NCBI GenBank assembly: GCA_003990765.1 | Contig: RBNJ01000045.1 | Location: forward strand, 1-47,603 | Length of the DNA: 47,603 nucleotides | Origin: Jimgerdemannia flammicorona | Lineage: Eukaryota | Direction: 5' to 3' | Shown here: positions 23,536 through 34,991 of the stretch, piece after piece | How positions within the stretch are numbered: the stretch's first letter is position 1 | Layout: each line of letters begins with the position of its first letter | Notes under the pieces: model-generated | Databases searched by the model: none | What the model was told of the DNA's origin: nothing | What the model saw: the letters and a program-made list of their open reading frames with translations, nothing else | Program-made: the position numbers and the translations under genes

Positions 23536-26500
23536 AGCAGGGAATACTGAGCAATATCCTTACTGAGTTCAGGTTGTCCTTGAGCTGAAGCTCCACTAGC
23601 AGAGAGTCTCCAGGCTCTGAGGTTGAGGTGTAGCCATCTGGCTCTGGTAGAGGGGTCTTGGAGATAGCTGATTCCTCTTTTTTCTGTAGGATCTAGGGCT
23701 TCCATGAAGTTGGTAGCATCTTCTACCTATCCTTGGTAGGTTGCATATCTGGTGAGAGCTAGGATGTATTCTCCTAGATCATAGATCTTGAGGATCCTTC
23801 TTTCTGGCTTCTTGGTCTGGCTTTTTCGAATTTGGCCTTTGTTATCTCCTCTTTTCAGAGTGTGGATTACAACATCATAACTGAGGTGAATCTTCTGATG
23901 TCTACAGTATTGGCAATCTAGATGTCTTCCATAGTTACAATATCCCATTGCTCAAAAATGCTGTTTCCGGTTGTTGATCTCTTGTTGTTTTGGAAATCGG
24001 TATCCATCTTAGTCATATGTTAGTGGCAGAGTAGATAAGAGATATACTTCTGTTCAGGTGAAGAGACCTTGTCCTCTGAATTGACTTTGCAACTTTGTGA
24101 TGACTTCTTGGAAGGTAGTTGATAGTGTAACTATTGTTGGAGATTCCATTCTTTAGGGTCTCTGTCTTTCTTGTTAGTCTATCAGATAGCACTGGTAGCA
24201 GTAGTCTCTGGGAGAGTAGAAGACTATTTGGTGTAGACATCTTCCTAGCTGAAAGGCTCTTTCTTGGTGAGTTTCTTTCTTGGGAATAATGGAGATTGTA
24301 TTGGGTCCTTCTTCTATATTCCAGGGGTCATTATCTTCAGGTGGTGTCTAGCAAGAGTTATTCCAGGGAATAAGTTTGGAGACTTCTTCTTCTTTAGGTA
24401 CTTCTTGTTCAGGGACCTCCTGTTCAGGGATTTCTTCTTCCTCAGATGATTCTTGACCCCAAATTGCTTGTACTTCTGCAGCTTTGGCTGCAGGTGTCTC
24501 TGAAACATATCTACATTTCTTCTTTTTTCTTCTGCACTTAGGGCAGGCTGTGCCAGGCGATTTCCTTGCTCCCATGATCTTGGAAGAATGCTCGGGGCAC
24601 TTGTGTCTTTTGAGACAGGTGGGGCATCCTTTTATTTCTCCTACAATGGCTCCAATGGTGATGGGGATAGTACTCTGGGCCCACACATTGTCTTCTGGTC
24701 TGTCATCCACCAGGTTGATTCAGAGATTGAGTCTGGGGTCATTTCCATCTTTGGATTCTTCCTCTTCTTCTGTAGTAGATTCTTCACTACTGACATATTC
24801 TTCCTGGATGGTCACCTTCTTCTTCTTCTTCGATTGCTCATAGCTGGTCATCTTAACCCTGTACTTCTTGTCTCGGCAGTCAAACCTGAGTACTTATTGA
24901 CTGATATCAATAACTGCATTCATTTCTTTCATTCAGTTGGTGCCAAGGATCATGTCATAGATGACAGCTATGGTGATAATAGCTTTTGGGATAGAGAATT
25001 GAATGTGTCCAAGAGAGATGGTGATATTTTGTACTTCTCTAAGGGGTTGAGTTCAGGCTCCATCTGCTACTATAATACTGGGATTAGATGGTCCATCAAT
25101 AGGCCATTGGAGGGTATCCAGGAATCGTTTGGCAATGATACAGATAGCTGCTCCTGTGTCTATGAGGATTTTCACCGTTTGTCCTCCAATATCTCCATGT
25201 AGATAAGTGCTGCCATATCTTTCTGTAGCTTGAATAGGTGTAGGAACTGGCTCTTGCTGTGGGATGGGGACCCAACCAGTGCTAGACCTGGTGGTCCTCA
25301 GTAATTTGTTTTGGACTCTAGCTGGTGTCAATTACAAAAACTATAGGAGAGGAACTTCCATCTTAGCTTCTTGAATCTTCTGCCAGGCTTCATTGTAGAT
25401 ATCCCTGGGTATGATCTTTGGGGCATACTTCTTCTTGGGCTTTGAGATAGCAGGTTTCCATTCTTTTTGTTCCATTTCTTCATCCTCTGGTGGTAACTCA
25501 TTTGTCTTGGGAACAAAGGGTGAGGGAGTTCGAGAAGATATTTCTACTTACTCTTTCATGTTCTTCATCTTCTTCTTAAACAATTCTTCTGCTGATATTC
25601 CTGGATGGCCTTCCTATAGGTCCCTTCCTTTTCTCTGCTGGGTAGACTGTTTTTTGGGTACTGACTTTGGCTGGGTAAGGTCTAGGTCACTGTAGTCCTC
25701 ACTGTTGCTTTCTTCTTCAAAGTCTTCAACAGGATGGGCTTCAGTCTTCTTGTACTGGGTTTCATTTCTTCAATTTGGTGGTTCTGAATCCCTTTGGTAA
25801 CTTCTTTTATTGTCACACTCAGTGACAAAGTATCTGAATTGTCTACAGTGAAAGCATTGGACTTGGGCTTTATCTCAGACAAGATATCTTCTTTCTTCTT
25901 GCTGGTAGTTCCTGTTATCTCTTAGTGGATAACCTTGGCTCCTTTGTGGTGAATATCCTCTGTTATCTTGATAACTCCAATTTTTATATATGGTAAGTTT
26001 TTCAATCTGTCCAACCAATTGGTCCAACTTGGAGCTCAGGTCTTGGATTTCATTCCTGTCCTTCTTTTTTTCTTTGGCTGTCCTTCTTCTTCAGATCTCT
26101 CTTATCCTTGAAGGAGTCCTTGTAGGACTTTGACCAGGATGTCTTCTTTATCATCTTTCTTGTCATGGTCACTCCAGGTAGTTCCTTGTCTGACATCAAA
26201 GAATCCTTGGGCTACATCTACTTGTTCTTCAGATCTTCTGATACCTAGGGTGTGGACATGCTGGGCAATGTTTAGGGGAATTCCATTCATGAAGGTCATT
26301 GGTCCTATGATGCCTTGATTGGTAGCATTGAACCCAGCTTAATGCATTCTCTTCCGGATTCTTGTGAAGAATGCTCTGAGTGATTCATCTTCATCTCCAT
26401 GATGGATTCTTGAGCCTTGTGGCAGGTTTCATTTCCTGCATATTTTTTGATGAGCCAGTGGACCATGGCTACATATTCTAGCTTATAGGCTACTGCTGCT

Positions 26501-27251
26501 TGTATTTCTATTGCTAGTTGTGAATTTGGATCATTTGCTGTTCAGTGAAAAATTCCTCTGACTGGTTCTCTGAGCTGGGCCTTATAGATGGTGATTTTTC
26601 TTTCATCTGAGAGATTCCTCAGAGCTGTAATTTCTTCAATTCTATCAAGGAATTCTCTGGGGTCTTCTTCCAGATATCTAGTAAACGTTAGCAGTGAGGT
26701 GACCATTTCTTTGTCACTTTCTTCTGATTCTGATTCTGGTCCAGATTCTGATTCAGACTCTGATTCTGATTCACTTTCTGAGCTATCACTGGAGGTAGGA
26801 GTGCTTGGATATCTTGAGGATAGTGTTCTGGACCTTGGATGAAATAGAATAAGCCTAGGTATTCTTGAAGAAGCTGCTTCTAGTTCTGCAAGGGCTGGTG
26901 GTAAAGGTTTGATGGGTGAGACTGGTGGGGTCTCTCTGGGATATCTGACTGCTGGATACTGGGCTTGTATAATGAGGTCTTCTAGTTTATGTACAAGTTC
27001 TTCAAAGTTTTGAACAGGGCCACCTAAGTTGTCTGATTGATCTGATTGAGGATTTCAGACTATACTGGTTTCTGATTGGGATTCTTCTAAAGCTGAATAA
27101 TTGGTAGCTCTTGAGGTAATTACTTCTCTTTCTGTCCAAATGCTGGTGATGACTAGTTTCCCTATAGTAGCAGAGATTGCTATTGTATCAAATGTATTCA
27201 GTTTGACTGTGGGTTCTTATGAGCTGAAAAATCATATTGATTTTGAAATCT

Positions 27252-27270
27252 TCCCAGTTGAGCCCCAAAA
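27252..27270 (-). promoter_or_regulatory. Primer-binding site, tRNA-Pro-like
   Basis: Minus strand TTTTGGGGCTCAACTGGGA immediately inside the 5' LTR; resembles the canonical Pro PBS TGGGGGCTCGTCCGGGAT; tRNA identity is an inference. Confidence 0.6.
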
Positions 27271-28481
27271 TGTAATGTGCCTGGCTCAATAGAGGCAAAT
27301 TACAAGGTTGAGGGTTGATGTAGTTTGGCTTGAGCCCCCAGTTACTTTGTCAAAATGCAATAAAATGTTCTAAGATTCCTGAGGTCCTTGGTATTTAGTG
27401 GTATAATAGTCAATCTGGATACAACAGTTGTTCCTCTGGTCACATGATGGTCAATTTGTATATTGAGTTCCTTATTGGATCAACTGGGAATTGGTAGAAT
27501 TTCATATGTAGCATGTGCAGTTTCCTTCTTAAGTGATAGGTGATTTCTGTATAACATGATGATCTCCTTATACACAATAGTCTGAGAATTTAGCAGTTTC
27601 CATCTTGAGTGATGGGCAATCTCTGTATGATGATCTCTATATAGCATGACAATCTCCAAAAGTATGCGATTTCTGAATAACTCGATTTAGTGTAAATTCT
27701 CCTGAATCATACTTACTGGGAACAAACTAATAACTCAGGTGGTGCAGATTCTTCTTACTGGGAATAATACTGGTGGCAGATTCTTCTTACTGGAAATGGG
27801 TAACTCGGATATAGATAATTCAGATAACTCAGATAACTCAGATATTGCAGATTCTTCCTGAATTGGCAAGGTTTTCTGGGAATGCAGATAACTTCAGAAA
27901 CAGTAGATTCAACTGGAAAATATAACTAGTGGCTTTGGGAAAGGGTCTCTTGGCAAAGTTATATCAAAGGCTGGCTTCATTTGTACAAATAGATTTACTG
28001 CAAAGTTGTATCAGAAACTGGCTTGAGTAAGGCAGCTTTCTCTTAGGTAGTGGAAAGGTGGAAATCTTCAGGCTTATCTGGCAAGCGAATCAAGACTTTG
28101 TATTAGAAAGTGGACTGGAGTAGAAAGGAGACCAATGCTCAATCTTTAGAGGCTTTTTTGGTATTTGTATTTTGGACTGAGGTTTATTCACTCTTGTCTC
28201 TGGGGTAATTTATACATTGTGGTTGCTATCTGGTTGCTATGTGACTAACTATAGATTTACTACTTCTGGTAATATTTGGGTGTGTCCTCTGAGTACAGGT
28301 GTGTCTGCCAGATATAGGTGTGTCCTCTAGACACAGATAAATAACCCTGGTCTGATATTCTGGCTAATTATAGGTGTGGCAGGCATAAGTAACTATAATA
28401 CACTAGAAGTTACATCATGCTGGCTAAGTATGTGTCATCTGGCTAAGCTATAATTTGGGTAGTATATTTTGGTTTATTACA
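27271..28481 (-). repeat. 5' LTR of the dUTPase Gypsy (1211 bp)
   Basis: TGTAAT...TTATTACA; lacks the MITE and a ~100-bp segment present in the other LTR. Confidence 0.93.
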
Positions 28482-28485
28482 GTAT

Positions 28486-29788
28486 ATAGCTTATACATAT
28501 TAGTGCTGATACTAATATTAAATTTTTTCATTAATATAAAAGTATTTCCTAAATTTGCTCCTAAATCTCTCTCTTTATATAAATAGATTATTGTTTCTAT
28601 GAAGACCAGACATCTGCTATCTTTATTGCTTTTATTATTGTTATTAGTATTCATAATGTTTGTTTATCTATATTACTCATCTTTTTTCTTACAGTTACAG
28701 TCTTGCTCATAATTATTACAATAGAAGTATTTACTATCAAATTTGGCTCATTGATTATTATACTATTGGTTTTGCTCTTATACTTTGCTTAGTTTATCTT
28801 TGCCTTATCTATATACTCTATAAAAGACTTTCTCATTAGTATTCTCATTGATGTCATTATCTCCCAGCCACATTTTCTTATTTAAAAGACTCATAATAAT
28901 ATACTTATAAACTAATAATTTGCTAGATTCTCTTATAGTAGTGACAACTATATTATATACCTTGAGAAGCCCATATATAAGGGCCAGGACTTTATCTTCA
29001 CCTTTGATAGTATTCATCAGTATAGATATAAGAGAATTTACTTGATTCATTGACTAGTTAATATAGTTGACATAGTTCTGGATACTCTCTTTAGACTTTA
29101 TTTAGAGATTAAACAGTTGCACTTTTAGGTAGAATCTGTTTAATATAGATACTTATTGGTGGTGATTATATAAGGTCTCTCAGGCTTTATTTGCAATCAT
29201 AGTATTGATGGTGAGTTTCATTTGTATATTCAAAAGACTGAACATAATCTCCCTTAGTACTCTGTAATCCTTTGCAGTATTATATCTCATTATTTGCATC
29301 TGTGGCTTCCAGTAGTCCTCCAGACTACATTCTTCTAAGAGATTCTTCATATAGTATACTCATATGGTATAATCCATACTGTCAAAGACCAGAATTGTCC
29401 TCTTTATCATTATTGTCATTAGTGCTACTATAGCATATTAGATATACTAATGTTATCAGTACCTATTTCAGATTCTATTCTACATATACTACTTGGTGAG
29501 CTCATGTTTGATATAAGTAATGATAATAGTAGCAGCACTTCTGGATGATGAGAGATATGACATTGATGAGGACAGAATAGCTGATATAAGAAAAGTTGCA
29601 TCTGAGCAGATGGATACATTCTGCAGCAGTGTGAATGAGACTTGTATCTGGAGGGCTATCTATAAGAAACAAAGGAAAATAATCCAAAATAGAGCTGGAA
29701 AGATAGTGACAATTCCAGCAGAGCTTTAAATGTTTTTATTGATGATGATGAATAGTCTACATACATATATTATCATTAAATGTCAATA
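28486..29788 (-). mobile_element. Ty1/Copia remnant, gag part plus putative 5' LTR (~29505-29788)
   Basis: Continuation of the Copia past the GTAT TSD; gag-like KVLALIYGLLKVYNIVVTTI..SLLNKK (28805-29050); decayed zinc knuckle ~28690-28735; ATGAGCTC resembles the fungal Copia PBS GGTTATGAGCCC; LTR limits approximate. Confidence 0.7.
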
Positions 29789-31968
29789 GTTTATATAATA
29801 GAGTTAAGTAGCGACATCTGTTATTGGCTGAAAGTCAGGAGGTATGATGTAGTGCTTCTTCAGAATATTTGAGCCTATGGTGGGTGGGATTATGAGAAGT
29901 AGAGCAAGGAATGGTATGGTGGTGTGGGTTGGAATGGGCAGATGGGCATATTAGTTGGTGTGGAAAGAGATGAGCTAGTAGAGGTAGAAGTTTATGGTGA
30001 TTAATTGATATGGGGTAAATTGAAAGAAGGAGCTGAAGATGAGCTGGTTGTAGGCTCTATTTACCTTCTAGCAGTTGGCAGAGAGCAAAAGTAATGGGTG
30101 GAGGGCTGGCTGACTTGGGAAGATTAGGAGGAAGTTGGGTTAAATATTCTGGAGGAGAACTTTAATATAGTATATGATGAGAGTAATATGGGGTTAGTTG
30201 ATGGTATATGACAGTATTAGGGGGAAAAGCCAAGGCCCTTTACTCAGTAGCATTCTGTTGGCGAGAGTCTGGTAGAGATAAGAATCAATTGGATTCTGGT
30301 GACTGAATGCTAGAGTAATGTGCTGGACATTACTGAGATGACTGGAGAGTGGAGATGTGTGGCAGATTTCAGGCAGTCAGTGGTAGTAGGGGCCACTGGT
30401 GACTTAATGTGGCTCTCCTCAGAAGGCAGGCAGAGTGGGAATAATTTGTGATAATTGTAAGACAGGAAGTGATGCTGTGGAAGAATGATGGGCAGCTAAT
30501 AGAGCAGTGGTGGAGTAAATTTAAACACTTGACAGATACCTATTGGTGTGATGTTGGGGAGATAGCAGGAAAGGAGCAGAAAGATAAGGAGAGGAGAGTC
30601 AAGCAAGAACTATAATAGCAGTTGAGGTTGATGGAAGGGAGGAATCTATCAGGGGAGGCATACTCCTGATTAGCTACAGAGGTAGTTGAGTTGCAGCTGG
30701 ATTTACAGGCAGCTAAGGATAGTATGATAGATGGTCTACTGGTAAGGCTACAGGCTAGGCAGCTGGAAGAAGGGGAGCAGTCTACTAAATATTTATTGAG
30801 TATTTTGAAGACCAGGAGGGTGTGATACAGCTGGGTCTCAGTATTGCGAAAGGATGATATTGAGATCACCAAAATTGCTGAAATACTGAGAGAGGTCTCA
30901 GGGCAATAGCAGACTCTCTGGCAGAATGAAGGGGGGCTTGTAGAGGGTGAGGTACTACAGGAGGTTAATGACAATTTGGTAGACAGTTGGCCTATGGTAG
31001 TGCTATCTGAGATAGGTAGAGTGGTGAAGGATATAGTGTCCCTTGAAGAGATATTAGATGTGCTGAGGAAAGGGCAGGCAGGTTTATTGCCTGGGGAGGA
31101 TGGGCTGTCTTGGGAATTCTAGAAGAAGTTCTGGGTTGAGTTTGGTAGCTGGTTGATAGAAATGGTGAATTTTGTATTAAAGGAAGGTAGCTGGATTAGT
31201 AATGGTTCTTTAGGGTTAGTCTCTCTGCTATATAAGGAGAAGAGGAATTGGTATATATGGTAGAATTGGTGACCTATCATATTAATAAATATGGATAGAA
31301 AGTTGGTTTCTAAGATTCTGACTGAGAGAATGCAGCTGTAGATTGGCAGACTAGTGGGTGAGGACTAGCAGGGCTTTGTCAAGGAGAGGCAGATTAGAGA
31401 CAGTACTGTCTGGATACAGAATGTCTTGGAAAGTAGCAAGTGGATGGGTGGATGGTCTTCTTAAATCAAGAGAAGATATATGATAGAGTATAGTGGAATT
31501 ATTTAGAAGTAGTACTGCAGAAGGCAGGGTTCAGTATGATGAAGCAAGGAGATTGATGGGTTTGGTACAAGACTGCCAAGTAGCTATGCTGATTAGTGCT
31601 CTGAATAGATGGAGTTGATCCAGATGAGATTTAATTCAGATTCATCATGTGATGGATTTGAATCAACTCAGATAGTCTCATGATCTGATCTGGATTGATC
31701 TGGATTAATCTGGATTAATCCATCCAGATTGATCCATCTGGATTGATCCATCCAAATTGCTCTGTCCAGATTGATCCATCTGGATTGATCCATCTGGATT
31801 GATCTCCTGCCACACTTTGGTGACATCACCCTTTCTTTTATTCCCTCTTCTTTTGTTCTTTCTTTGTTTTCTTTCTTTGTTCTTTTTCTTTCCTGCCACA
31901 TTATGAGCAAACAAAACAACAGTCCTTAATTGTATGTTGGTCCAGTCTACTCATTTTTTTACCCTGCA

Positions 31969-33992
31969 ATGATTATCAAAAGAGGGAGTATTTGAGATAG
32001 AAATACACTCTCTGCTGACAATGTTAGATTCTTTCTCATATGGACAGTACACCAGCTGCTCATCAAGAGCCAAAGGGACAATGGCAGTGGTGATGGTGGT
32101 GGTGATGGTAGTGGTAATGGTGGGGGTAATGGTGGGGGTGATGGCAGAGATAAGGGAGAATTCCAGCAACAACTCACAGTAGCCCTTCAGACCTCGGAAT
32201 TCACAGACCTCACAGCTATGTATATGGCAGCCTTTTTAGAGCAGCCAACAGTAGATGTAGATTGCTCATTCTGCCACTACTTGTGTTTTACTTTTTTTAA
32301 TTTCCCCCAGCATGATCCAATTTACCTCATGCTTTTTCTTAGGGTCCACAGCTCTATGGTGAGATCTGCTGACTTTATTCACAACATCTGGTCAAGATGA
32401 AGAAAGGCTGACAGACATTGCAGGGCATGTCTTTGGTGGCTGAGCTGTTGAGTTAATATATCATATAGTGGAGGACTCAAAAGGAATAGAAGCAAGCCTT
32501 CTTGAGTAATCTTGTACAACTCATGCAACTTGTGTAACTTGTCAGTATACAACTCATTGGCATACAACTCACTTACTCACTCACTCACTCATACTCTTTT
32601 TCTGAAATACCCAGATCCATGTTTTATTTAACTTCATTTTTTACATGATCTCCTCCTAAAAAACACCCACACCTACATATAACCCATCCATACACAACCT
32701 GCCTACATACAACCCATCCACACACAACCCATCCACATGCAACCTATCTGTATACTTATCTTGGCCCCTTAGATCAGGGCTCAGTTCCATTAGAAAGGAG
32801 AGTTCAAAGTTACCAGAGTTGAACCATATCTGGTGTCTGATCAAATAGAGAAATTTGAGGGCAAGATATTCAGCATGAGCAGTACTAGCATCATCATCAA
32901 GGCTTGTGGGTCTATATTTGAATCAGAGCCAATCATTCTCGACTAAGGGGTCCATTGGCCAGCAGGAGTAACTAATGACAAAGAGAACTATATCATTATT
33001 ATCGAATGTGGAGAGGTGGTTGCAATAGTGGTAACGAACCTCTATGGTAACAAGCTTTGCTACCATATCAATGAGGTTTGCAAGGATTGCATCAAATACT
33101 AGATAGCAGGAAAGAGGGGGTAAAAAATGCAAGAAGGGGGGGTTTGGATGAGAATTGGGTATACTGCAACACTGGCATAGGGTGGGTTCCAGAGTTCCAA
33201 AATCCCCTGCACTTGTCTCTCTTTTTTTTACTCCCCAGAGAATCACACTCTTCGTCAACATACTCTTTTTGATATAATTCTAGGAATGCACAAGATTCTG
33301 TACCTCTACTGGAACTTTAGAAGTGCCATTGAAGAGCAAACTGTATGCAAGCATGACACAGCCTGTGTGGCAATGGCACCTATGATCTGGGGTTCTTTGA
33401 GCAGATTGGTAGAACATATGACAGGCCAGCTTAGTGGTGATCTCGGCACAGCTATACATATATTCTTAGTGCAATTTAGCATACTGTATAAGGTGAGGAG
33501 CTCTGCTTTTTTCAGGTACTATAGCCTGGGGGTTTCTGCCCCCCCACATGCAAAAAGGACTGACCAGATGCTATCTGTCTGGCAGGTTTCCAACTGGGGC
33601 TGGACCAAGGGCAGGTATCCACCAGTATAGCCTGACAGTACAAGGTCCTGGACCAAGGGTTCACCCAACCATATGCTCATGTCACATCAGGATATATTGG
33701 GCACAATGTTTCTCTGCCCACATATACAGACAACAATGTCACCCTGGTAATGTTCTACATCCTGGAAAGGAAGGGCCCAATCTGGAAGGATAGTGGTGGA
33801 GTCTGATATGACCTCACCTATAGTTTCAGAGTTCCATTTGCAGCCAACATGGCCATCCTATTCCAACCACATGACCACCATGGTACTATCACCTTCAAGA
33901 AGGGCTCAGACACAACAGTCATCATACTCACAACAGATGACAGGCTCATCAAGGCCTAGGACCAGCAGGTGGAGCAGTTTTGTAAGAGTTAG
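31969..33992 (+). pseudogene. Multi-exon cargo pseudogene; C-terminal exon resembles a TET/JBP-type 2OG-Fe(II) dioxygenase
   Basis: Last exon from 33586 (after intron 33493-33585: GTGAGG...CTGAC...CAG) reads GYIGHNVSLPT[Y]TDNNVTLVMFYILERKGPIWKDSGGV*YDLTYSFRVPFAANMAILFQPHDHHGTITFKKGSDTTVIILTT; Y codon TAT (33723-33725) is one C>T from His, giving HxD...GG...H; start and upstream exon limits approximate. Confidence 0.55.
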
Positions 33993-34060
33993 GCAGTCTT
34001 TTGTGAGGGTTAGGCAATCTTTCATAAGGGTTAGGCAATCTTTCATGAGGGTTCAGTAAT
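33979..34060. repeat. 21-bp tandem repeat, about 4 copies
   Basis: TTTGTGAGGGTTAGGCAATCT-like units. Confidence 0.85.
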
Positions 34061-34250
34061 CATTTTGTGTGGGTTGGGCTGGCAGCTGGGTGCCTCTTCT
34101 ATAGCACTAGTTTAGCCATTATGCTGGGCCCTACCGGCCCCTTGGCCCTGCTCTTGTAGTACTGCTGGTGCAGTGCTGCAGTGTAGGGCCAGGGTGCCCA
34201 TGGGACCTGAACCAGTGATGAGGCCTGAATCTGTGGTGGACTTCGACTGC

Positions 34251-34390
34251 TAGAAGTACCCTCTGATCACCAGAAGCACCCTCTGATTACTAGAAACATC
34301 CTTCAATCACCAGAAGTACCCTCTAATTGCCAGAAGCACCCTCCAACTACCAGAAGTACCCTCTAACCACCAGAAGTAGCCTCTGACCTG
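34251..34390. repeat. 20-bp tandem repeat, 7 copies
   Basis: CAGAAGCACCCTCTGATTAC-like units with exact 20-nt period. Confidence 0.92.
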
Positions 34391-34399
34391 GACTCAGAC

Positions 34400-34865
34400 T
34401 CCTTGGCAGCTTGGGGCTGCCCCTATGCTGCTAACAGAGGGCTACAAATTTTGTACACTCCCTCCACCTACCCTGCTCATCCTGGACACTTGTGGCTTAG
34501 AGCTGCCCCTTGCTGCCAGTGGAGGGCCACAAATTTTGTATGCTCCCTCTGCTGACTCTGTACCCACTGACCCTGCCAACTGACCATGCCCACTGATCCA
34601 GGCACTGACAGCTTGGGGCTACCCCTTGCTGCTGATGAAGGGCTGCAAATTTTGCATGCTCCCTCCACCTATCTCCTCCATCCCAGACACTCGCAGCTTG
34701 GGGCTGCCCCTTACTGCTGGTGGAAGGCCACTAATTTTGCATGCTCCCTCCACTGACCCTGTGCCCATCAGCCTGGACACTGACAGCTTAGGGCTGTCTC
34801 TTGCTGCTGGCAGAGGGCTGCAAATTTTGTGCACTCTCTCTGCCACTGCCAACCCTGCCAACCAC
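34400..34865. repeat. Five ~85-115-bp repeat units
   Basis: Core CAGCTTGGGGCTGCCCCTTGCTGCTG..GAGGGCTGCAAATTTTG..GCTCCCTCCAC recurs at ~34407, 34494, 34610, 34694, 34784. Confidence 0.88.
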
Positions 34866-34991
34866 TGCTCCAATTGGACTACAAACTCTGGGCCAAGTCC
34901 TCAGGTTTTTTTTCCTTTTTATTTTTGAAAGATATTAAATATTCCACATAGCCAACCAACTCATCCCCGAACCCCCAGGACCCACCAAATT

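Larger units (their letters stand above)
18126..28481 (-). mobile_element. Full-length degenerate Ty3/Gypsy LTR retrotransposon: gag(CCHC)-protease-extra region-dUTPase-RT-RNaseH-integrase, inserted in the Copia
   Basis: Two LTRs; GTAT on both flanks (18122-18125, 28482-28485); zinc knuckle QCFHCRQFRYFVTEC (~25815-25860); [66 protein letters not shown]; integrase ELISD/QTNGMIERMNQT. Confidence 0.95.

Noticed and set aside
29520-29729. 69-aa ORF
   Set aside because: Lies in the putative Copia LTR; short, with no recognisable motif
33286-34059. Track ORFs 33548-33793, 33793-34059 and the 3' part of 33286-33630 as genes
   Set aside because: Alternative frames over the cargo gene; the motif-bearing frame is a different, stop-interrupted one (the start of 33286-33630 may be a real exon piece)
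33979-34060. GGGTTAGG as telomeric repeat
   Set aside because: Single occurrences within a 21-bp unit, not a tandem TTAGGG tract
34251-34865. 20-bp and ~90-bp arrays as CRISPR-like
   Set aside because: The 20-mers have no spacers, and the linkers of the longer units resemble each other rather than being unique
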